Shown here: piece after piece, positions 56,898 through 64,000 of the stretch
Layout: every line of letters begins with the position of its first letter
Numbering within the stretch: the first letter of the stretch is position 1
Source: Ignavibacteria bacterium UBA2333
GTDB taxonomy: Bacteria; Bacteroidota; Ignavibacteria; Kapaibacteriales; Kapaibacteriaceae
Assembly (NCBI GenBank): GCA_002344895.1
Contig: DDUR01000061.1
Location: forward strand, 45,879 to 109,878
Length of the DNA stretch: 64,000 bases
Direction: 5' to 3'
Notes under the pieces: model-generated
The model's database searches: none
The model's input: the letters and a program-made list of their open reading frames with translations, nothing else
Told to the model about the DNA's origin: nothing
Translations under genes and position numbers: made by a program

Positions 56898-58427
56898 ATG
56901 CGTGCTCTTCTTTCCGTATCTGACAAAACAGGCCTCGTTGAATTTGCTCGTGGACTTGCCGATCTCGGCATTGAGATCATCTCAACGGGTGGGACTGCCA
57001 AGGCATTACGAGACGCCGGAATCGGCGTTATGAACGTTGGAGACGTGACAGGATTCCCCGAAATCATGGATGGTCGAGTAAAAACGCTTCATCCAAAGAT
57101 TCACGGTGGGCTGCTGGCAGACCTTGATGTAGAGGCTCACCGCGAAGCTCTCGCCATCCATGATATAACACCGATTGATATCGTTGCTGTAAACCTGTAT
57201 CCGTTCGAAGAGACGCTACGGTCTGGAACAACAGACGAAGGTGAGCTCATAGAGAACATCGATATCGGAGGTCCGGCAATGGTTCGTGCCTCAGCTAAAA
57301 ACTTCCGGCACACTGTCATCATCGTCGATCCACGTCGGTATGATGACGTGCTCACGAGTTTGCGTGCTGGGACAGTACCGATGGAGATGCGGAAACAACT
57401 CGCACGCGAAGCGTTTTCGCACACTGCGAAGTACGATGCGACGATCTCCTCTTGGTTTCTCCAGAATGAAGGTCTGGACTTTCCCGAAGAGTTTGCCATT
57501 CCGATGAAACGAGCACAAGCACTGCGCTACGGTGAGAATCCACACCAAGAAGCTGCGCTCTATGGTTCGTTTTTTGACAGGTACACGTCACTTCATGGCA
57601 AAGAACTTTCATATAACAACATCCTGGACATTGACGCTGCCGTTGGATTAGTTGATGAGTTCGACGAACCAACCGTCGTTATCGTCAAACACAACAATCC
57701 ATGTGGTGTTGGTTCTGGTGATGACCTTGTTTCGGCATGGCATAAGGCCTTTGCAACCGATACCGTAAGCCCCTTTGGTGGCATCATTGCAGTTAATCGG
57801 CCTGTAGACATCGCTTGGGCTGAAACGGTCCATTCGCTGTTTGCCGAGGTACTCATCGCGCCCTCATTTTCCGATGATGCGCTCGCAATCCTGACGAAGA
57901 AGAAGGACAGACGACTCGTAACCTGTTTGCCCCTTTCGCGCCTTTCACAGCATCAAACGGCCAGAATGAATGTCAGGTCCATTGCAGGTGGTTATCTCGT
58001 TCAGACTCCCGACAACATGCTTGTTGACGAATCCGCCCTACGAGTCGTAACAGAGCGTCAACCCTCAACCGAAGAGATGTCGGCCGCACAGTTTGCATGG
58101 AAGGTTGCTAAACACGTAAAAAGTAATGCCATTGTCTACGCTCTGGCAGATCGGACACTTGCCATAGGTGCGGGTCAAATGTCGCGCGTAGATTCAGCGC
58201 GTATCGCAGTACGTAAAGCACAAGACGTTGGCCTGTCGCTCCAGGGATGTGCCGTAGCTAGTGATGCATTCTTTCCGTTTGCAGATGGACTATTACAGGC
58301 CGCTGATGCTGGTGCCACGTGTGTGATCCAGCCGGGCGGTTCGGTACGTGATGAAGAAGTTATTACTGCCGCCAACGAACGTGGACTTGCGATGATTATG
58401 ACAGGAATGCGTCATTTCCGTCATTAA
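56898..58427 (+). CDS. purH: Bifunctional AICAR transformylase/IMP cyclohydrolase
   Basis: MRALLSVSDKTGLVEFARGL...STGGTA (MGS-like IMPCH domain) and a C-terminal AICARFT domain ending ...GMRHFRH. Start set to the ATG at 56898. Confidence 0.95.
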   Translation: MRALLSVSDKTGLVEFARGLADLGIEIISTGGTAKALRDAGIGVMNVGDVTGFPEIMDGRVKTLHPKIHGGLLADLDVEAHREALAIHDITPIDIVAVNLYPFEETLRSGTTDEGELIENIDIGGPAMVRASAKNFRHTVIIVDPRRYDDVLTSLRAGTVPMEMRKQLAREAFSHTAKYDATISSWFLQNEGLDFPEEFAIPMKRAQALRYGENPHQEAALYGSFFDRYTSLHGKELSYNNILDIDAAVGLVDEFDEPTVVIVKHNNPCGVGSGDDLVSAWHKAFATDTVSPFGGIIAVNRPVDIAWAETVHSLFAEVLIAPSFSDDALAILTKKKDRRLVTCLPLSRLSQHQTARMNVRSIAGGYLVQTPDNMLVDESALRVVTERQPSTEEMSAAQFAWKVAKHVKSNAIVYALADRTLAIGAGQMSRVDSARIAVRKAQDVGLSLQGCAVASDAFFPFADGLLQAADAGATCVIQPGGSVRDEEVITAANERGLAMIMTGMRHFRH

Positions 58428-58433
58428 CATAGT

Positions 58434-60704
58434 TTACGACTCAGAATAACCTGCAGAAGGGTCTATCCAGTACGTTGATACGTCACCGGCTCCTTTTACG
58501 TAGATCGTACCACGAGCAGTGATCGTAAGACCTTCACGCGAGGTGAGTGAGTCAACGACACGATCACTCACATGTAAACGACCTGGCTCACCACTGGATT
58601 CCATCCTTGCGGCGAGGTTCACGTCGCTACCCCAGACGTCCCACTGAGGTTTATCCCCTCCAACAACACCTCCGATAACACTTCCGACGTGGATTCCAAC
58701 GCGAGGCATCAGTCCAGAGATGCGGTGGCGATCTCTTTGTGCAACCGTGAGTATTTCGAGCCCGACCTTTACACAGCGGTCTACTGCATCGTGAACGGGC
58801 GTCGGAGCACCAGCTACGACAAGGACGGCATCTCCAATTGTCTTTACCTTCAGACAGCCATGACGCGTACGTGCCTCATCGACGATGGCAAAAAAGTCTC
58901 CAACGACGTCGACAACCTCAATTGCATCCTTGTCTTTTGACCACGTTGAGAAACCTGCGAGATCAGCAAAGAGGATGGCAACGGATTCAAATCGATCGAC
59001 AACTCGTCGTTCGCCCTTGAGCCACGCCTCGATAACGTCTTCTGGGAGCAATGACTGCACCATTGAACGGACTTGTTCTGACCGTATGCGCTCAACTTCA
59101 ACACGGTATTCCATCTGGTGCACGGCAGCTTGCTGAACAGCCTCAACACCACGCGTTCGACGCTCAAGTTCAGCCGATTCCGTACGACACGAATACGCAT
59201 CTTGCCATTGACCGAGCTCCGCATAGATCACGGAGAGTTTTTCAAGCAGTCGTCGTGTTTGCCCCGTGTTACGAGCACGTCGAGCAATGTCAAGAGCCTC
59301 AGCGAGCTCACGTTCAGCAGCTTTCCAGTTACGATAATACATGTGGTAGGAGCCGAATGCATGATGGAGATTTCGGCGTTCGTCCACGTCAAAATGTCGT
59401 GTGCCTTCGTCTCCTTGCCGGCGCAATTCCGTCAGGATATGAAAGGCCTCTTCCGTACGATCCAGGCGCATGAGAATCTGCGAGTACACGATTGTCACAC
59501 TCGTCATAATGATGGCGAGTTCCGACCTATCGGTATACGGCAAGACCTCCGTGATGATGCGGTGAGCTTCCTCCGGATCGTGTTCACGTATCTCATCCGC
59601 CAAGGAGTATACGGCTTGTACCTCGGTCAACACGTCGTTTGCACTACGAGCACTTTCAATCGCTAGTCTGTACAGCTCCGTAGCTCTGTCGTAAAAACCC
59701 AGAGCTCTATACGTGCGCGCAAGCATAAGATCCGTATATGCACGTTCCGCATACAGATTCGCATGTTCAAGATGCTGCCGAGCATCGAAAAGTACTCTCA
59801 GTGCTTCGGCGTACTCTCCTTTGTTGTAATACACAATTGCTGCATTTGATAGGGCTGTTGCTGCAGATTGCGGAGATCCTCGACGCACGTCGATGGATGC
59901 GGATCGTTGATATGCTTCAAGCGCTCCCTCGGCGTCACCAAGGTGTAACAGTACGTTTCCGTAGTTGGAATATGAAACTGCCGCACCCGCATCATTTCCA
60001 GAACGTTCATGTCCTTCAATAGCAAGCAACAGTTCTTGACGTGCATCCTCAAATCGTTCGAGTTCTCGATAACACGCGCCGAGTGCACCATGCCAGCTGG
60101 CACGTTCCACGTCGGTTGCAACTTCTTCAACAACATTGTGGTGACGCTGGAGAATATCCAAGGCTTCGTCAATTCTACCAATAACGCGTAATGATGAAGC
60201 AAGGTTGTTTACCGTATGTAGCAGACATCGTTTGTACTGAAGTGTCTGTAAAAGCACCATTGCCTGCTCAAACAGTGGTATGGCCTCTCGACGATGTCCG
60301 CTGCGAGACAACGACGTTGCCGATACGACATAGACCAGCAGCCTCTCAGTGTCACTCCGTGTTTCGTCGAGCAGTGACGTCAGCGATACGGAGTCACCGT
60401 TACGAAATGCAACAACATTGCGGAAAAAAGTCAGGAATCGCCGACGATCGTCCGTATCTCGTAGTCGTCGAGCCGCCGTATCAAGATCATCTCGTGCACC
60501 AACATAGTCACCGACTTCGTATTTCCGCGCTGAACCGATTATGTCGCGCCAGTATCCGTCAGGATCGTCGTCCAATGACAATGCCTCTGCATTGTTTGAT
60601 ACAAGGGCCTGATCTACAATCGAGTCATCAGCAGCCTCGTGAGCTGCCACTTTGTCGAGTCGTAAGAGAACAACGACGTGGTGCCGACGCTGAAGATCCG
60701 TCAT
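58434..60704 (-). CDS. TPR-repeat sensor fused to a class III adenylate cyclase
   Basis: About 550 aa of TPR-like repeats and a coiled coil, then a cyclase homology domain. That domain has both metal Asp (FADLAGFS, KTIGDA), the adenine-specifying Lys/Asp pair (K of KTIGD, D of WDVWG) and transition-state Asn/Arg (NLAARMES). Start set to the ATG at 60704, which overlaps the upstream stop (ATGA). Confidence 0.85.
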   Translation of the reverse strand: MTDLQRRHHVVVLLRLDKVAAHEAADDSIVDQALVSNNAEALSLDDDPDGYWRDIIGSARKYEVGDYVGARDDLDTAARRLRDTDDRRRFLTFFRNVVAFRNGDSVSLTSLLDETRSDTERLLVYVVSATSLSRSGHRREAIPLFEQAMVLLQTLQYKRCLLHTVNNLASSLRVIGRIDEALDILQRHHNVVEEVATDVERASWHGALGACYRELERFEDARQELLLAIEGHERSGNDAGAAVSYSNYGNVLLHLGDAEGALEAYQRSASIDVRRGSPQSAATALSNAAIVYYNKGEYAEALRVLFDARQHLEHANLYAERAYTDLMLARTYRALGFYDRATELYRLAIESARSANDVLTEVQAVYSLADEIREHDPEEAHRIITEVLPYTDRSELAIIMTSVTIVYSQILMRLDRTEEAFHILTELRRQGDEGTRHFDVDERRNLHHAFGSYHMYYRNWKAAERELAEALDIARRARNTGQTRRLLEKLSVIYAELGQWQDAYSCRTESAELERRTRGVEAVQQAAVHQMEYRVEVERIRSEQVRSMVQSLLPEDVIEAWLKGERRVVDRFESVAILFADLAGFSTWSKDKDAIEVVDVVGDFFAIVDEARTRHGCLKVKTIGDAVLVVAGAPTPVHDAVDRCVKVGLEILTVAQRDRHRISGLMPRVGIHVGSVIGGVVGGDKPQWDVWGSDVNLAARMESSGEPGRLHVSDRVVDSLTSREGLTITARGTIYVKGAGDVSTYWIDPSAGYSES

Positions 60705-63115
60705 CGCGACTGTCGACTGGCCTCGTGAAGGACATCCAGATTGGATTGTGTCTTGGCATAGACCGTATTTGGCGGGAAGGATCCGTCTGATTGAATTCGA
60801 CCCGCAGGCATCCCCATCATCAATTCGATGGCATCTTCGAGTCGCACAATTGGCCACACGTTAAACAATCGTTTTTTTACGGCTTCAACGATGTCATCTC
60901 GAAGCATAAGGTCACCAACATTCTGATGTGGTATCAGCACGCCCTGTGTTCCTGACAGGCCTCGATCGCGACATACCTCAAAGAAACCTGTAATCTTTTC
61001 GTTAATACCACCCACTGGTTGAATGTCACCTTTCTGACTGATACTTCCGGTGATCGCAAGATCCTGTCGGATGGCAATGTTACTGATGGCACTTAGCAGG
61101 GCAATCACTTCAGCCGTCGACGCACTGTCACCGTCCACGCCACCGTATGACTGTTCAAATGCAATGCTCGCCGTAAATGACATTGGTTGAGCGCGTGAGA
61201 ACAACGACCTCAGGAGGCCGTTAAGGATTAATACTCCCTTGTTGTGGATAGCACCACTAAGGTTCACCTCGCGTTCGATATTGATGATACCTGCATTACC
61301 GGCACTTACCGTCGCAGTTATTCGTGCAGGTTTCCCAAAATCAACGATACCCGTTGAGTACACGGTTAGTCCGTTAATCTGTCCGACACGCTCCCCTGCC
61401 GTATCAATGAGTAATGTCCCCTTCGTAATCTGTTCGCGGAAACGCTCATCAGCTTGATTAGCTCTGTGCCAACGTTGTTCTATAGCATGTAACACATGAT
61501 TACGACGTATCAACCGGGCACCGGTGCCACGTGCATAGAATGACGCTTCACGCAGGAGATCGGCAACGTAACTGAATTGTAACGTGATCTTGTCCTGACT
61601 CTCAGTGTAGGCTACGGCCCACTCAATGAGAGCAGCTGCTCCACTTTTGTCACAATGAAGAAGATCTTCCTCACGAACGAGTTTTGCAAAGAATCCGCAG
61701 TAGTGCGAAATCATCTCTGGACTTCTGCGCGTTTCTGATGCAAACTCTGCATGGATCTTAAACATTTTGTGGAAGTCTTCATCTGCCTGCCACAATGCGA
61801 GGTAGATGGCTGGATCACCAAGGAGAATGATCTTGACGTTTACCTTGATCCACTCAGGTTTAATCGTGTTTAACTGAAACTGACCGTCCGACGACTGCAT
61901 TTCGAGTCGGTTGTACAGCATTACGCGCTTTAACGCTGGCCACAATTGTGGATCACTCAATACATCAGTTGCATTCAGGATAAGGTATCCACCATCGGCT
62001 CGCAACATCGACCCAGCACGGAGATGTGAAAAGTCGCTGATCGCAAATCCCCGGGCGTCGATTCGTTTCTCGATTGTTCCGAACACACTCGTGTACGTGG
62101 GCGCCGTTTCGATGATAACTGGTGCAACCTTTGCATCGTAGTTATCAAGGATGAGGTTTACGGAATAGAGTCGAAAAATCGATCGTAGTTGCTCTTCAAT
62201 ATTCTCGTCTGTTGGTGCCGCTTGTTTCGCCTGAAACAACCGAACGATATCATCGAGGTGTTCGAGGATATGTGTTGTTACGCCGTTCAAGAACTCTGCA
62301 ACACGATCACGAGGGAAACTGAGTCGGATGTCATCAAAGACGGTCTTTAACAGCACACCAACAGCACCTTGGTCATGCTCACTGAGTTCCTTCCGGAAAT
62401 CAATCATAATGCGCATGGACCTACGGCTAATGTCGCTGAGTTCATCACGATGTTTTTCGTGAGCCACACGAATCTGCTCCAGCTGTTCTGCCGGGAACTC
62501 GCCTTTGCGTGCGAGTTCATCCAATTCCTCGAGCTGGAAGGGCTTACCGTCGATAACAGGAAAGACTTCAGTGTGTACACTGCCATCCTCTTCCTGCACG
62601 TGGCCAACAACAAATCCCGTAGGTCGGATCTTCGCGTCAAACTCCTTGAGCAGCTTCTGTTCGAGTGACTGATATCGTTGGATTATTAGCTTCCGCTCTG
62701 CCTGAAACTGCTCCTCTTCAAACAGCTGTGGAATTCGACGTTTTACGACGGCAACCGCATCGTCAATCATTCGCGCAAATACGCGGCCCTCTCCGGCGGA
62801 GAACCGAAGGAGCACGGGTGCTTCGGTCGTTTTAAAATTGTGAACGTAGACAAAGTCGTACAGTTCTGGCCGATCCGTCCGTAAATCGTCAAGGATTGTG
62901 CGAATAGTCGTAAGCCGTCCCGTGCCTGTCACACCAGAGGCATAGATGTTATACCCTTGTGATCGAATCTGTGCACCAAGGCGAATCGCTTCCATCGCCC
63001 GTTCCTGGCCAACGATCCGATTTAATGGCTCCACGTCCTTTGTAGATGAGAATGGCAACAGACTCATCGGACAACTCCAGCGGAGTTCTGTGTGACGAAG
63101 GTGTTTGATATTCAC
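60701..63115 (-). CDS. LonC-type Lon-like protease (AAA-like domain with degenerate Walker motifs, long helical insertion, S16 protease domain)
   Basis: The S16 Ser-Lys dyad context is retained (GGVDGDSAST...VGGINEKI). The Walker A-like motif reads GVTGTGRLT (Arg in place of Lys). The Walker B position reads GYLILNAT (no acidic pair). A ~200-aa helical insertion lies between them. The GTG start overlaps the upstream stop (GTGA, 63112-63115). Confidence 0.8.
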   Translation of the reverse strand: MNIKHLRHTELRWSCPMSLLPFSSTKDVEPLNRIVGQERAMEAIRLGAQIRSQGYNIYASGVTGTGRLTTIRTILDDLRTDRPELYDFVYVHNFKTTEAPVLLRFSAGEGRVFARMIDDAVAVVKRRIPQLFEEEQFQAERKLIIQRYQSLEQKLLKEFDAKIRPTGFVVGHVQEEDGSVHTEVFPVIDGKPFQLEELDELARKGEFPAEQLEQIRVAHEKHRDELSDISRRSMRIMIDFRKELSEHDQGAVGVLLKTVFDDIRLSFPRDRVAEFLNGVTTHILEHLDDIVRLFQAKQAAPTDENIEEQLRSIFRLYSVNLILDNYDAKVAPVIIETAPTYTSVFGTIEKRIDARGFAISDFSHLRAGSMLRADGGYLILNATDVLSDPQLWPALKRVMLYNRLEMQSSDGQFQLNTIKPEWIKVNVKIILLGDPAIYLALWQADEDFHKMFKIHAEFASETRRSPEMISHYCGFFAKLVREEDLLHCDKSGAAALIEWAVAYTESQDKITLQFSYVADLLREASFYARGTGARLIRRNHVLHAIEQRWHRANQADERFREQITKGTLLIDTAGERVGQINGLTVYSTGIVDFGKPARITATVSAGNAGIINIEREVNLSGAIHNKGVLILNGLLRSLFSRAQPMSFTASIAFEQSYGGVDGDSASTAEVIALLSAISNIAIRQDLAITGSISQKGDIQPVGGINEKITGFFEVCRDRGLSGTQGVLIPHQNVGDLMLRDDIVEAVKKRLFNVWPIVRLEDAIELMMGMPAGRIQSDGSFPPNTVYAKTQSNLDVLHEASRQSR

Positions 63116-64000
63116 GGTGAGATTCCCCAGGAGTCAATTCTGCAAAGGCTGGCAAACGAACAATAACGGCAGGCCGTTGGTTTCGGCCGGACCGGATACG
63201 TACGACGTGTCGCCGTCGTGTATGCCGGTACGATCGTCTTTACGAGTTCATCAACCTGCGTACCTATCGGCAGGTTAACGAGATCATCCCTCCACTGACG
63301 AGAGGGCTGCAACACCGGTGTTGCAGTATCGGCAAGCACAATCTTCGTTACAGGATCATCTGCGGATCGGAGTGAGGTCCCGATTGTGCGATAGATGGCA
63401 GAAACGGGTTCGACGCGTATTCCGTGATCGGCAAATGACTGGCGAACCGCTGCCAGGTAGATCGGCATCTGTGTTGCTTCCCCGGCAAGGATTCGTGACC
63501 GAGATGAGACGGAGTTCTGTGTGGACTTGTAGTCAATAACGCCGATAACAATTTTCCCATCGTGTTCTGCGACGTCAATACGATCAACTCGAATTCGGAC
63601 CGGAATCTCAACTGCGTTACCAAGTACGTCGTATGTCTGGAGTGTTGTTGTTATCGGCCACTCAAAAAGTGCTGGTCGAAGAATTGAATTTGCCTGATCC
63701 TTGAATTCGAGTTCTAGCCATCGCTGAAGCAGACCCTTTCGTGTCGGCGTTCCGATGTAGGTGCGAAACTCTGTTGGTGCAAACAAGTGGTCCGTTCCGT
63801 ACTTCGTACGGAGTTCGATGAAGTGGTTGTGTAGGATGTCGAGGTACTCTGAACGCCGTTCTTCACTGAGCTCAATTCGAGCGGCGAGCAGATCTTCGCT
63901 CGTGGATATGTTTTCAACGACATGACCACGAACGGTGTCAAAGAATCGACGAATCGTAGCATGGAGTAAGACTCCACGTTCCAAAGCCGAAAGTCGGTCT
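63112..64000 (-). CDS. AddB-like PD-(D/E)xK nuclease with C-terminal iron-sulfur motif; 5' partial (continues beyond the window)
   Basis: The reading frame is open to nt 64000. RecB-family nuclease motifs VDRIDV...IGVIDYKS...TQMPIYLAA, and C-x2-C-x5-C (CRYCSFASLC) at the C-terminus as in AddB/Cas4-type nucleases. Confidence 0.7.
   Translation of the reverse strand, partial: DRLSALERGVLLHATIRRFFDTVRGHVVENISTSEDLLAARIELSEERRSEYLDILHNHFIELRTKYGTDHLFAPTEFRTYIGTPTRKGLLQRWLELEFKDQANSILRPALFEWPITTTLQTYDVLGNAVEIPVRIRVDRIDVAEHDGKIVIGVIDYKSTQNSVSSRSRILAGEATQMPIYLAAVRQSFADHGIRVEPVSAIYRTIGTSLRSADDPVTKIVLADTATPVLQPSRQWRDDLVNLPIGTQVDELVKTIVPAYTTATRRTYPVRPKPTACRYCSFASLCRIDSWGISP

Noticed and set aside
1-64000. 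CRISPR arrays, IS elements, prophage or toxin-antitoxin modules
   Set aside because: Reading both strands, I found no regularly spaced direct repeats, terminal inverted repeats, or transposase, integrase, capsid or small paired toxin-antitoxin ORFs. The only repeated DNA noticed is the short C-tract dyad and the diverged LuxR and FG-GAP paralogues.

Overview
Gene-dense chromosomal segment with about 49 protein genes, 3 RNA elements, intergenic spacers mostly under 100 nt, and GC roughly 50% by eye. It looks like core genome of a Bacteroidota/FCB-group bacterium. Three large secreted proteins end in T9SS-type C-terminal sorting domains. Exact TAnnTTTG -7 promoter boxes sit in front of the tRNA, the SRP RNA, a riboswitch and several CDS. 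Most start codons lack a Shine-Dalgarno. Content is mostly housekeeping and envelope functions: dnaB, murA, pbpC, an EnvC-like activator, ftsX, lptF/G, GT9 and GT4 glycosyltransferases, a flippase, asnB, rseP, dxr, surE, rng, rpsA, folC, purH, mazG and hmgA. Three RNA elements are absent from the ORF track: a TPP riboswitch (16767-16882, -) in front of a TonB-dependent receptor, a 4.5S-type SRP RNA (46887-46982, -) between hmgA and rng, and tRNA-Arg(UCU) (51713-51786, -). I saw no transposase, integrase, CRISPR array, restriction-modification gene or recognisable canonical defence gene. The most noteworthy observations are: (1) a strongly over-represented bipartite C-tract motif (CCCCTT, short spacer, CCCCTT) scattered through genes and leaders on both strands; (2) a translationally coupled trio at the right edge, made of an AddB-like nuclease, a LonC-like protease with degenerate ATPase motifs, and a TPR-adenylate cyclase; (3) a bacterial SET-domain methyltransferase apparently co-transcribed with the TPP-riboswitch-controlled receptor; (4) a PAS-MenA fusion, an orphan nuoC paired with an FA2H-like hydroxylase, and a lone paaA-like di-iron oxygenase coupled to a DUF4010 membrane protein. 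All functional calls come from motif recognition by eye. No database search or folding program was run.
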